This document shows, in pieces, positions 38,739-48,577 of a DNA stretch of 64,000 bases. Numbering within the stretch: position 1 is the stretch's first letter; every line of letters begins with the position of its first letter. Origin of the DNA: an uncultured bacterium. Lineage in GTDB: Bacteria > UBP4 > UBA4092. Where the stretch lies: the NCBI GenBank assembly GCA_964644695.1, contig CAZXWN010000001.1, forward strand, positions 642,805-706,804, given 5' to 3'. The notes under the pieces were generated by a model that saw nothing but the letters and a program-made list of their open reading frames with translations, searched no databases and was not told where the DNA came from. A program made the translations under genes and the position numbers.

Positions 38739-39506
38739 TTATTCAGGCCAGGATGATGACTTTGATTGAAATTGAACCAACAAAGCCCATGCAAAAATAA
38801 AAACACCCAAACTAAGGAATTGTACTGGAGTAAAGTGATGGATGATCCACACGCCTGAAGGTTCACGGAAAAACTCCATAACAAAGTTAATGCCCGAAAA
38901 CATTAGCAAACTAAACCAAAATGTCTCACCATGAAATTTGGTATGCCTGTTGAGAGAAACAAGCAGGATAAACACCCCAAGATATAAGATAGCTTCGTAT
39001 AATTGGGTTGGATGCCGAGGCAGGGGGTAATTTATCATGATGCCGTCTAAATACGGAAAAGTAACAGCCCATTTAATGTATTCAGGATTACACACTTTTC
39101 CATATGATGACCCATTCATAAACGCTCCCAAACGGGTGATCACATACCCTAAAACAATGCCGGGCATAATATAATCCATCATTTTCCAAACAGGCAGTTG
39201 GTTCCGATAAAAATACCAATAAAGGGCTAACCCCGCAAAGATAATACCAGAGAATGGATCAAATCCTATTCGCAGAAGTATCATGTGTAATGGATTAATT
39301 ATGAAATAGGAAAGATTGATTAATATAAAACCCGCTCTGGCACCCACCAAACCAGACAGAATAACTAATATTGCCATATCTAAAACAGAGTCAGGATTGA
39401 GACTATTCCAACGAAATGTCTGATAAGTCCAAATTATGCCTGCAAGAAATGCCAGGGCCAACATTACACCATACCAATAGAAATGTCCCAGGAAAACGGG
39501 TTGCAT
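38739..39506 (-). CDS. lgt: Prolipoprotein diacylglyceryl transferase (divergent)
   Basis: WYG, GAR, RLGxFxNG..YG, HPTQLYE, EFFR; located after lspA. Confidence 0.88.
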   Translation of the reverse strand: MQPVFLGHFYWYGVMLALAFLAGIIWTYQTFRWNSLNPDSVLDMAILVILSGLVGARAGFILINLSYFIINPLHMILLRIGFDPFSGIIFAGLALYWYFYRNQLPVWKMMDYIMPGIVLGYVITRLGAFMNGSSYGKVCNPEYIKWAVTFPYLDGIMINYPLPRHPTQLYEAILYLGVFILLVSLNRHTKFHGETFWFSLLMFSGINFVMEFFREPSGVWIIHHFTPVQFLSLGVFIFAWALLVQFQSKSSSWPE

Positions 39507-39524
39507 AATACTCCATTCACTTAC

Positions 39525-40019
39525 TCATCGAGTTTCATATTTCCACAGGTAGATTATTAGAAGTCCGACTCCAGTACAAATTCCAGTATCCGCAATATTA
39601 AAGGTTGGCCAGTGGTAAACTTCCTGCCAATGCAAGTCTATAAAATCTATGACTTCACCGATTCGGATACGATCAATCAGATTACCCAAAGCTCCACCAA
39701 AAACAAGTGCAAGACCCCAATAAAAAGTAATATGGGCATTCTTTTGTTTGAAAAGATAAAACAGAATTCCCAATAGCGCGATAATGGTCATAATAATAAA
39801 AAATATCCGTTGCCCAGACAATACACTAAAAGCAGCACCAGGGTTGGTTGCAAATGACAAATCTATAATATTATTTCCAGAGGTAATATATTCTCTCTGC
39901 GAAATACCCTGGGTATGGACGTGCTTTACAATCCAAAGCTTGGACAATTGATCAAAAAACAAAACCGCGAAACTAACCAAAGAAAAAAATCCAAACCGCG
40001 ATTTTAAAATATTCATCAT
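39525..40019 (-). CDS. lspA: Lipoprotein signal peptidase II
   Basis: DQLSK, NPGAAFS, GALGNLIDR, VIDFI, FNIAD. Confidence 0.95.
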   Translation of the reverse strand: MMNILKSRFGFFSLVSFAVLFFDQLSKLWIVKHVHTQGISQREYITSGNNIIDLSFATNPGAAFSVLSGQRIFFIIMTIIALLGILFYLFKQKNAHITFYWGLALVFGGALGNLIDRIRIGEVIDFIDLHWQEVYHWPTFNIADTGICTGVGLLIIYLWKYETR

Positions 40020-40037
40020 CTATTTGACCATGCTGAA

Positions 40038-42875
40038 TCAGTCTTGAAGACTATTCATTTCGCTAACCACAGGATAGCAGCGTTCGCAAAGAGTGGGATG
40101 GTCTTCATGAACACCAATCTGTTCACTATAATTCCAGCACCGGGAACACTTCTCACCTTTGGCATATATTACACCAATGGTAAGACTGCCTAATTTTTCT
40201 TCAGTGCCCATCACTTCACTCATATTTATTTCTTCAGAAGAAGCCAGCAGTTCTCCGGGGAGTCGGTGAACAATTTCCACCTGAGACACAATAAATAAAG
40301 AGGTCAGTTCAGACTCATACTTGGTCAGCAAGTCACTCAATTTACCATGTTCGACAGCCAGGATGACTCTTGAATCCAGTGAATGTCCAATGCTCTTTTC
40401 CTTACGAGCCGTTTCAAGAACTTTTGTGACTAATTCTCTTAGTTTAAAGAGAACATCCCACTGGGAAGCCAACTCGGCATTGATCCATTTTTCGTTTACA
40501 ACAGGGAAATCGGCCAAATGAACACTTTCTTCGGCCTTATTAAGATATTCCCAAACTTCATCCGTCGTATATGGCATAACCGGAGCTAATATCTGGCATA
40601 ACACTGTAGCCAATTCATACATAACGGTCTGCCCTGCTCTGCGCCCAATGGAATTCTTTCCATAGGTGTACAACCGATCCTTGAGAATATCAAGATAAAT
40701 GGAACTTAAATCCACAACAAAGAAGTTATAGATTTTTGCATAAACCCTGTGGAACTCGTAATTATCATAAGCCTTATTACATTCAGTAATTAAAAGCTGT
40801 AATCGATGTAGTATCCACCGATCGATTGGCAATAATTGGTTATAGTCAATGGATTCACGGACGGGGTCAAAATCATTCAAATTACCCAACAGGAATCGGA
40901 ATGTATTTCTAAATTTGAAATAGGAGTCCTTAATTGGCTCCATAATCTTGTCCGAGAGTGAAACATCCGTAGTAAAGTCAACAGATGAGAACCATAAACG
41001 TAAAACATCCGCACCTGTCTTGTTTATGATTTCATGGGGAGAAATAACATTCCCCAGTGATTTAGACATTTTCTTACCTTCAGCATCTAGAACCAGTCCA
41101 TGAGTAGCGCACTGACGATAGGGAGATTGGTCTCTTAATGCAACAGAGGGTAATAGAGAAACCTGGAACCATCCACGATGCTGATCGCCACCTTCGAGAT
41201 ATAAATCAGCAGGGTATCTTAAGTTTTCCCGTTGTTCCACAACAGCAGACCAGCTGCTGCCGGAATCAAACCAAACATCCAAAATATCTTCTTCTTTGAT
41301 AATGTCCGTATTACCGCACTTTGGACACTTCACACCGTCAGCAATTAAGTCCTTGATATCTGACTTAAACCAGACATCAACACCCTGTTTCCTGACTTGG
41401 TCTAATAACCGATCAAAATGTTCAAGAGGCAACCAACTATGGTCACAGGCAGAACAATGGAGAGAAGGAATGGGAACACCCCAGGCACGCTGCCGAGACA
41501 AGCACCAGTCAGGACGGCTGGATACAAGATTAAATATCTTGTCATGCCCCCAACTTGGATACCATTTCACATTATCAACCGCTTTTAAGGCTCTTTGGCG
41601 CAAATCAGCATGATCAGCACCCAGAAACCACTGTCGTGTAGATCTGAAGATCAAGGGTTTCTTACAGCGCCAGCAATGAGGATAGGAGTGACTGAAGGTT
41701 TCAGACTTAATGAGAATACCTTTATTTTTAAGGAATTCAACTATCTGGTCATTTGCCTGAAAAACATGAACACCTTCCCACAATACGGCTTCTTTTGTAA
41801 ATCGGCCACCTTCATCAACAGGAGAAAGAGGTGCCAGACCATAGCGCTGACTCACAACATAGTCGTCCTGACCATGCCCGGGAGCCGTATGAACACAACC
41901 CGTTCCTGTATCGAGTTTGACAAAATCACCCAGGATAATCAGGGAGTCTCCGTCATGAATAGGCTGTGTAGCTTTCATTCTTTCCATCAGGGAACCCTTA
42001 AAGGTGCACAGGATAGAGTATTCTGTTATTCCCCAATATTCACAGGTTTTCTCAACCAGGTCTTGAGCAATAATCAAACACTCATCACCGATAGAAACAG
42101 CAGCATAGTCATAATCAGGATGCACTGTAACCGCTAAATTGGCGGGTAAAGTCCAAGGTGTAGTGGTCCAAATAACAATAGATACTTTTTTATCTTTCAA
42201 AACTGGATTCAGTTTTGCAGGATCATCTTTAAGCGGGAATTTGACATAAATAGAAGGTGACGGTTCATCTGCATATTCCACTTCCGCTTCGGCTAAAGCG
42301 GTACGGCAGCTGGTACACCAAAGGATTGGCTTTAAACCGTTGTAAATATATCCTTTTTTAGCCAACTCACCAAATACTTCCAGAATTTTGGCTTCATAAT
42401 CTGGAGACATGGTCAGGTAAGGATTAGACCATTCTCCCATGACACCCAACCGTTGGAATTGTTCAGACTGAATCTTTTGATACTTTGCGGCGTAATTACG
42501 ACATAATTCCCGTAATTCAACCTTGGTTGCTTTTATTTTCTTATTATTTAATTGTTTGACGACTTGATGCTCAATGGGCATACCATGGCAATCCCACCCC
42601 GGAACATACGGCGCATCCATACCCTGCATGGATTTATATCGAACAATAATGTCTTTCAAGACCTTATTAAAAGTGGTTCCGAGATGGATATCCCCATTGG
42701 CATAGGGAGGACCGTCATGAAGGATAAACTGTGGCTTTCCTTGACGTTTTTCACGAAGAGCCAGATAAAGATTCGTTGTCTGCCATTTCTGTAAACGTTC
42801 AGGTTCCCTCTGAGGTAAATTAGCCTTCATTGGAAAATTGGTTTGTGGCAAATTCAGCGTATGTTTGTAGTCCAT
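40038..42875 (-). CDS. ileS: Isoleucyl-tRNA synthetase, type 1
   Basis: HDGPPYANG.IHLGT, PGWDCHG, WTTTPWTLP, KMSKS, C-terminal CSRC..CERC. Confidence 0.97.
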   Translation of the reverse strand: MDYKHTLNLPQTNFPMKANLPQREPERLQKWQTTNLYLALREKRQGKPQFILHDGPPYANGDIHLGTTFNKVLKDIIVRYKSMQGMDAPYVPGWDCHGMPIEHQVVKQLNNKKIKATKVELRELCRNYAAKYQKIQSEQFQRLGVMGEWSNPYLTMSPDYEAKILEVFGELAKKGYIYNGLKPILWCTSCRTALAEAEVEYADEPSPSIYVKFPLKDDPAKLNPVLKDKKVSIVIWTTTPWTLPANLAVTVHPDYDYAAVSIGDECLIIAQDLVEKTCEYWGITEYSILCTFKGSLMERMKATQPIHDGDSLIILGDFVKLDTGTGCVHTAPGHGQDDYVVSQRYGLAPLSPVDEGGRFTKEAVLWEGVHVFQANDQIVEFLKNKGILIKSETFSHSYPHCWRCKKPLIFRSTRQWFLGADHADLRQRALKAVDNVKWYPSWGHDKIFNLVSSRPDWCLSRQRAWGVPIPSLHCSACDHSWLPLEHFDRLLDQVRKQGVDVWFKSDIKDLIADGVKCPKCGNTDIIKEEDILDVWFDSGSSWSAVVEQRENLRYPADLYLEGGDQHRGWFQVSLLPSVALRDQSPYRQCATHGLVLDAEGKKMSKSLGNVISPHEIINKTGADVLRLWFSSVDFTTDVSLSDKIMEPIKDSYFKFRNTFRFLLGNLNDFDPVRESIDYNQLLPIDRWILHRLQLLITECNKAYDNYEFHRVYAKIYNFFVVDLSSIYLDILKDRLYTYGKNSIGRRAGQTVMYELATVLCQILAPVMPYTTDEVWEYLNKAEESVHLADFPVVNEKWINAELASQWDVLFKLRELVTKVLETARKEKSIGHSLDSRVILAVEHGKLSDLLTKYESELTSLFIVSQVEIVHRLPGELLASSEEINMSEVMGTEEKLGSLTIGVIYAKGEKCSRCWNYSEQIGVHEDHPTLCERCYPVVSEMNSLQD

Positions 42876-42914
42876 GTTATTAAACTCGTTTTGTAAGATT
42901 TTGGATTGATTTTG

Positions 42915-42952
42915 AAAAAGGCGACCGAGGGTATCGCCCGCGGAATTACCCT
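42915..42952 (-). promoter_or_regulatory. Possible attenuator (overlapping antiterminator and terminator) in the ileS leader
   Basis: AGGGTA/TACCCT stem overlaps GGGCGA/TCGCCT-TTTT stem about 40 nt before the ileS ATG. Confidence 0.35.
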
Positions 42953-43056
42953 TAAAATCAATATATAGAATAACATATCAAACAGAGGACAGAAATACCC
43001 CTTGGAAATCCGCCTTTTTAACCACATTTTCAATACATTGATATTGTGGATGTTAA

Positions 43057-43103
43057 TCGAACCGTCCACGGAGCTGCTCCGAGCAAGTCCGTGGATGATT
43101 CGA
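43057..43103. repeat. REP-like hairpin, copy 1
   Basis: TCCACGGA / TCCGTGGA stem, extendable; core shares 23/26 nt with 56056-56081. Confidence 0.55.
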
Positions 43104-43232
43104 AGGGAAGAGACTCATACAACGATTGATATTCTGCCCCCTTTTTGATGAGCGAAATGTGATAAAATGAAATACTTGAATCCCCTGAATGTACTCATCC
43201 AAATTCTAAAATCATGGTTAGGAGGAATCACT

Positions 43233-43859
43233 ATGTCGGAGCAAGTAAATAATAATCCGATTAACGAACCTGTGAATTCTCAAACTGAAACATCCGATAA
43301 TATGGCTGAGAATTCACCTCAAGAAAATGATGTAACTCAGGATAAATCAATGAGCGATGATAAAGCTACGCCAGAAACAGAGATAGCACCTGAAGATAAA
43401 CCTCTGCTGGATGATTTAGGTCAAAAAAATAGTAAACTGGAAGACCGCTTACGGCGTTTAATGGCCGATTATGATAATTTCAGAAAACGAACCCAAAAAG
43501 AACGTCTGGAATGGAGAGATAATTACCATAACGAAGTTCTTGAAGAACTGCTTCCTGTTCTTGATAATTTTGAGTTGGCGTTGAAATCTATACCTGAGAA
43601 TCCAGAAGTTAAAAGCTTTGCCGAAGGGATGTTGTTAGTTCAAAAGCAGTTACTGGATATCCTTTCTAAATTTGGGGTAACCCCTGTGAATACTCAGGGA
43701 CAGTCTTTTGATCCACATTTTCATGAAGCCATGTCCGTTGTAGAAACCCCAGATCTTCCAGACAACTCCATTGTTGATGAGATTCGTAAGGGTTACCTGC
43801 ACGGAGATAAAATTGTACGACCGGCACTCGTTCGTGTATCCAAGCAACCCACTGAGTAA
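43233..43859 (+). CDS. grpE: Nucleotide exchange factor GrpE
   Basis: ADYDNFRKR, LLPVLDNFELAL, FDPHFHEA, RPALVRV; AGGAGG RBS before ATG at 43233. Confidence 0.95.
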   Translation: MSEQVNNNPINEPVNSQTETSDNMAENSPQENDVTQDKSMSDDKATPETEIAPEDKPLLDDLGQKNSKLEDRLRRLMADYDNFRKRTQKERLEWRDNYHNEVLEELLPVLDNFELALKSIPENPEVKSFAEGMLLVQKQLLDILSKFGVTPVNTQGQSFDPHFHEAMSVVETPDLPDNSIVDEIRKGYLHGDKIVRPALVRVSKQPTE

Positions 43860-43894
43860 ATATCAAATTCTGAATCAATACGGTAATTATAAAT

Positions 43895-45022
43895 ATGCCA
43901 TCAACCAAAAAAGATTATTATGAACTATTAGGGTTAGATAGAAATGCCTCTGCGGATGAAATTAAAAAAGCGTACCGAAAAGCTGCCTTAAAATATCATC
44001 CAGACCGAAATCCAGGAAATGATGAAGCTGAAGAAAGATTTAAGGAATGTTCTGAAGCTTATGAAGTCCTGAGCGACCCACAGAAAAAACAGCTCTACGA
44101 TAGTTATGGACATGATGGAGTCAAATCCTCTTTCGGTGGTCATGACTTCCGTTGGGAAAATTTCTCCCATGCCAATGATTTCCAAGACATCTTTGGCAGT
44201 ATTTTCGATGACTTGTTTGGTGGGCGGTCTCAACAACCTTCACGCGGCCGAGATTTACTTTACAATCTGGATATCTCACTCAAAGAAGCCTACACCGGCC
44301 TGGAAAAAGAAATTGAAATCAAGCGGAACGAAGCCTGTGAAAATTGTAAAGGGACAGGTGCTAAACCAGGCACCAATCGGCAAGTGTGCCCAAACTGTCG
44401 CGGAACAGGGCAGCAGCGTTTTCAACAAGGATTCTTCACCTTTGCTCAAACCTGCGGACAGTGTCAGGGAAGCGGTTCGATAATTGCCCACCCCTGCGAT
44501 AAATGTAAAGGCAAAGGACTGACCCCAAAAACAAAAACGATAAAGATTAAAATCCCTGCCGGCATTGATTCCGGGATGCGTATGGTTTTACGCGGTGAAG
44601 GAGAAGCTGGTACTAATGGAACACCTGCGGGTGATTTGTATGTTGAAATCAATGTCCAACAACACAACCTGTTTACACGGCGAGAAGCTGATTTGATTTG
44701 TGACATTCCCATCAGTTTCTCACAAGCTTCATTAGGTGCCGAAATAGAGATTCCTTCCCTTGAAGGGAATACCGTAAAACTTAAGATACCGGCTGGTACA
44801 CAGTCTCACCAGGTATTACGATTAAAGGGTAAAGGAATGCCTGGAGTTCGCAGCAGCCGACATGGAGATATGCATATTCGCGTTATTGTCCAAGTTCCAC
44901 AGAAACTATCTGCCCGTCAAAAGGAACTTCTTGAAGAATTTGCTCAAATCAGCAAAGATGACGCGAACCCCAGTGCCAGCAAGTCGTTTTTTGATAAGAT
45001 TCGCGATGTTTTTAGTGAATAG
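43895..45022 (+). CDS. dnaJ: Chaperone DnaJ (class A)
   Basis: HPD J-domain, G/F region, four CxxCxGxG repeats. Confidence 0.97.
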   Translation: MPSTKKDYYELLGLDRNASADEIKKAYRKAALKYHPDRNPGNDEAEERFKECSEAYEVLSDPQKKQLYDSYGHDGVKSSFGGHDFRWENFSHANDFQDIFGSIFDDLFGGRSQQPSRGRDLLYNLDISLKEAYTGLEKEIEIKRNEACENCKGTGAKPGTNRQVCPNCRGTGQQRFQQGFFTFAQTCGQCQGSGSIIAHPCDKCKGKGLTPKTKTIKIKIPAGIDSGMRMVLRGEGEAGTNGTPAGDLYVEINVQQHNLFTRREADLICDIPISFSQASLGAEIEIPSLEGNTVKLKIPAGTQSHQVLRLKGKGMPGVRSSRHGDMHIRVIVQVPQKLSARQKELLEEFAQISKDDANPSASKSFFDKIRDVFSE

Positions 45023-45066
45023 TGAGTAAATACAACTCCCCTACCGTTTGAGAGAGAGTATCCACC

Positions 45067-47388
45067 ATGACTGAAGAATCACCCAAAGAACCCGACCCAT
45101 CTACCCCGACAACATCGGATTCTGCCCCTCCGCGCATATTATTAATCAAGGGAATGCGTTGGTCCATTATTGAAGGTGTGTTTGCACTACTATTAAGCGC
45201 TTTTACTCAGGGCTCGGTACTAACGGGTATGGCGTTGCTTGTAGGCGCCAAAGAATCTCAACTGGGTATCATCTTTGGTATTCCACAATTAGCAAATGTT
45301 CTCCAGATTGCGACTCCACTTTGGGTCGAACGATTGAAAAGTCGAAGAACCTATGTGGCGTTTTTTGCCGGCACTCACCGAATTCTTTTTTGCCTGACGG
45401 CCTTGACCATCTTTCTCCCTGAATCCATTCGTGTTCAGACTTATCTAAGTTTATTAGGCTTTTGCTTTATTGCCGCATCCATGTCCTCAATCCCCTGGCA
45501 GACATGGATGGGAGACCTTGTTCCGGAAGAAATCCGGGGCCGTTTTTTTGCTCGGCGAAATGCCATCATCAACCTCACATATATAGTAGTAGCACCCTTT
45601 GCTGGGAAAATTTTGGATATATTCCCAGGACAAACTGGTTTCCTTATTTTATACGGATTCGGTCTGGCATTTGCCATTGTGAACACCGGTTGTTTCATTA
45701 AACAATATGAACCGCCCTTCCATCCAAAACCTCAAAAGACAAAGAAACTCCTTCGTACCTATCTCTTAGCAGTGAGGAATTATCCTTTCGTCAGAATGGT
45801 TCTCTTTTTCTCAATCTGGACCGTTGCTCGAGCGATTGCTGACTCTTTCTACAGCGTTTATATGATTAAACAATTAAACATCAAGTTTTTTCATATCAAA
45901 CTATTTGAAACCACATTTTTCATTGTCCTGATTATTGCATCTTTGATGTGGGGATACCTTTCCGACCGTTTTGGAAATCGCCCCATTGCCAGGATATGTT
46001 CCGCTCTTTATATCATCAGTCCTATTTTGTGGATATTTGTTACTCATGATACCTATCTATTACTTTTTGGTATTCACATCCTGAACGGCCTATTAAGTGC
46101 GGGTATGGGTATTGCCACATTCAACCTCTTACTTGCTTCATCCCCCAGACGAAATAAATCTGTTTACTTGTCACTCTGGGCAGCCATCACAGGTATTTCT
46201 GGATTTGTCGGTTCATATTGTGGAGGACAATTCCTTGAAATATTTGAGCATTATTCAATGACAATCGGTTTTATGAACTTGAACCACTACCAGCTTCTGT
46301 TCTTATTATCTTCAGGCATCACTCTGGCCGCCTGTTTGGCATTTCCAAATCAGACCGAATCCAAGCGCCCGGTTTCGGTTTCGTTTTACCAAATGTTTAG
46401 ACATCTGAATCCTGTTATTTTATTTGGTCTGATATATAACCTGGCAGTGTTTAACATCTCGCGTGTTGAAAAATCCCGCGTTAATGCCAGCCGAGCTTTG
46501 GGGCGGATCCGAAGTCCTTTAGCTGTGAACGAACTCATTGAAGCAATGGATGACCCCAGTCCCGAAGTTCGAGAGGAAGCTGCACTTTCGTTAGGTCAAA
46601 TTGGCGACCCTCAGGCAATAGACATCCTCATCAGAAAGTTGCAATCTCCTGAAGAAAATATTCAGGAAGAAGCTGCAACCGCTTTGGGAATGCTGCAAAG
46701 TGTGAAAGCCGTGGATCCACTCTTGCGCCAGTTGAATGCTCCTGAACCCTCGCTAAAAATCAGTGTCGTCGAGGCATTGGGGAATATTAAAGATGAGAAA
46801 GCCCGGGAAGCTTTATATAAACAAGTTATAGTCGAAACCGATCCAAAGATATTTCCAACAATGGTTAGTGCCCTGGCGAAAATGCAGGATGCTCGAGTCG
46901 TGAATATTGCACTCAGTAAACTCGACCGGTTTTCTTCCCCGGTTGTCAGACGCCAGATTCTTTCTTCATTAACTTATTTGTTGGATGATGATGATGGTTT
47001 TTATGAAGTGTCCGGACTGGATTCTTTTGAACAAGACCAGTGGGTGTCTAAGCATCTAAAAGTTATGCAGAAAGCACTTTCTGGTCGGCATAGTCCCATT
47101 GCCCCCGCACAAAAAGACTTAATCCACCAAATCATTTTCCATATCCAGAAGTTCTACGAAATTGAAAAATACGACCCCTGTGTGTACCACATTAAACAGT
47201 TATGTACCAACTTACGGCAATTAATAACCGATAAACCTGATCAAGACTGGGATTACAATTTAATTCAACTTGAACTGGATGCCATTGAAACCCTCATTCA
47301 ATTGAACAACTCAGTAAATCTGGAGCGTGATGAAGTCTTGTTCATATTGATTGCTCTTGACCGAGCTGTTGAAGAAGTTACGGACTAA
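45067..47388 (+). CDS. MFS transporter fused to C-terminal HEAT repeats
   Basis: About 12 TMs with DLVPEEIRGRFF and GYLSDRFGNR; repeats such as VREEAALSLGQIGD, IQEEAATALG, VVEALGNI. Confidence 0.85.
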   Translation: MTEESPKEPDPSTPTTSDSAPPRILLIKGMRWSIIEGVFALLLSAFTQGSVLTGMALLVGAKESQLGIIFGIPQLANVLQIATPLWVERLKSRRTYVAFFAGTHRILFCLTALTIFLPESIRVQTYLSLLGFCFIAASMSSIPWQTWMGDLVPEEIRGRFFARRNAIINLTYIVVAPFAGKILDIFPGQTGFLILYGFGLAFAIVNTGCFIKQYEPPFHPKPQKTKKLLRTYLLAVRNYPFVRMVLFFSIWTVARAIADSFYSVYMIKQLNIKFFHIKLFETTFFIVLIIASLMWGYLSDRFGNRPIARICSALYIISPILWIFVTHDTYLLLFGIHILNGLLSAGMGIATFNLLLASSPRRNKSVYLSLWAAITGISGFVGSYCGGQFLEIFEHYSMTIGFMNLNHYQLLFLLSSGITLAACLAFPNQTESKRPVSVSFYQMFRHLNPVILFGLIYNLAVFNISRVEKSRVNASRALGRIRSPLAVNELIEAMDDPSPEVREEAALSLGQIGDPQAIDILIRKLQSPEENIQEEAATALGMLQSVKAVDPLLRQLNAPEPSLKISVVEALGNIKDEKAREALYKQVIVETDPKIFPTMVSALAKMQDARVVNIALSKLDRFSSPVVRRQILSSLTYLLDDDDGFYEVSGLDSFEQDQWVSKHLKVMQKALSGRHSPIAPAQKDLIHQIIFHIQKFYEIEKYDPCVYHIKQLCTNLRQLITDKPDQDWDYNLIQLELDAIETLIQLNNSVNLERDEVLFILIALDRAVEEVTD

Positions 47389-47393
47389 TAAAA

Positions 47394-47424
47394 AAGAGAC
47401 CACCGTTCAAAACGGTGGTCTCTT
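47394..47424. terminator. Bidirectional terminator
   Basis: AAGAGACCACCGTT-CAA-AACGGTGGTCTCTT between convergent genes. Confidence 0.75.
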
Positions 47425-47441
47425 CATTGTTTTATTGAATA

Positions 47442-48416
47442 CTAATTTGCAGCAGAATTCATGGCAGCTTCGTAAATTTCCATTGCCTTAACACCATCTA
47501 CGCCTGTTGCCATCTTGGCTTTTCCTTCAATGATACCTTCCAGAAATGCTTTAATTTCCTTATTAAACCGACCCAGATCTCCGGCAGGGGCTGTCATTAC
47601 TTCAAAATCTTTCATACCCTCAAAACAATAGGTCAGATTATCTTTGTTATAACTGATATAAGCAGTACCCTTTGACCCACTGACTGTAATTTGATTTTCA
47701 GTCACCGGCGCATACCATGTACCTTCCAAGGTTCCAATTACACCATCATTGGATTGAAGCAGTAAAACCGCGGTATCATCCACGTTCAACTTCGGATTGT
47801 TTGTGTATATTGATGCCTTAACAGATTTGGCATCCCCCACCAGAAAACGGTAGAGATCCATAGAGTGTGTCAATGTATCTAACACCATTCCACCACCCGA
47901 AATTTCTTTCTTTGAGAACCAGAGGTTTTCCATTGCAGCCATTCCACCAAACCGATTCTCATACAACACAATTTTGCCAAACTTGCCGTCATTTATCCAT
48001 TGTTTGACAATTTCAACCTGCCATTGAAATCGATGACAATAAGCCAGCATTAACATCACACCATTGGCTGCTGCTGCAGCATTCATTGCTTTTGCTTCCA
48101 CAGCAGTGGCAGCCATCGGCTTTTCACATAACACGTTAATTTTCTTATTTAAACAAGCAATTACTGCATCTTTATGGAATACAGGAGGAGTACACACACT
48201 GACTGCGTTCAATTCTTCATTATCAAGAAGCTCTTGATAATTAGAATATGCTTTACAATTGAATTCTTTTGCAACAGCCTGTGCTTTTTCAAAATTAGAA
48301 TCTACCACGGCAACAATTTGGGCGCCTAATGCTACATAGTTTTTTAAGTGGGTATTTCCCATTCCACCCACACCGATAATTGCGACTTTCATATCTTTAA
48401 TGGCTGAACAACTCAT
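47442..48416 (-). CDS. Gfo/Idh/MocA family oxidoreductase
   Basis: IIGVGGMG, CEKP, SGGG..LDTLTHSMD. Confidence 0.9.
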   Translation of the reverse strand: MSCSAIKDMKVAIIGVGGMGNTHLKNYVALGAQIVAVVDSNFEKAQAVAKEFNCKAYSNYQELLDNEELNAVSVCTPPVFHKDAVIACLNKKINVLCEKPMAATAVEAKAMNAAAAANGVMLMLAYCHRFQWQVEIVKQWINDGKFGKIVLYENRFGGMAAMENLWFSKKEISGGGMVLDTLTHSMDLYRFLVGDAKSVKASIYTNNPKLNVDDTAVLLLQSNDGVIGTLEGTWYAPVTENQITVSGSKGTAYISYNKDNLTYCFEGMKDFEVMTAPAGDLGRFNKEIKAFLEGIIEGKAKMATGVDGVKAMEIYEAAMNSAAN

Positions 48417-48526
48417 TGTAAAAGAGGTATCCTTTCGGAGGTTTTGTATACGTTTGATTATATTTTATCATTAAACATGCTTCCTATAACAACCGGGTGC
48501 ACAAATTATTTCAATTCGACATATAT

Positions 48527-48555
48527 TTGACAAAAGTCTTGAAATCATCTAGGTT
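48527..48555 (+). promoter_or_regulatory. Sigma70-type promoter for the phosphoesterase-ligA-MBL operon
   Basis: TTGACA-17nt-TAGGTT. Confidence 0.5.
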
Positions 48556-48577
48556 ACAGGGAAATAGAGATGAGCTT

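Noticed and set aside
42938-42953. Canonical T-box for ileS
   Set aside because: The UGGN bulge that pairs with tRNA NCCA is absent and no Stem I was recognised; kept only as a tentative attenuator
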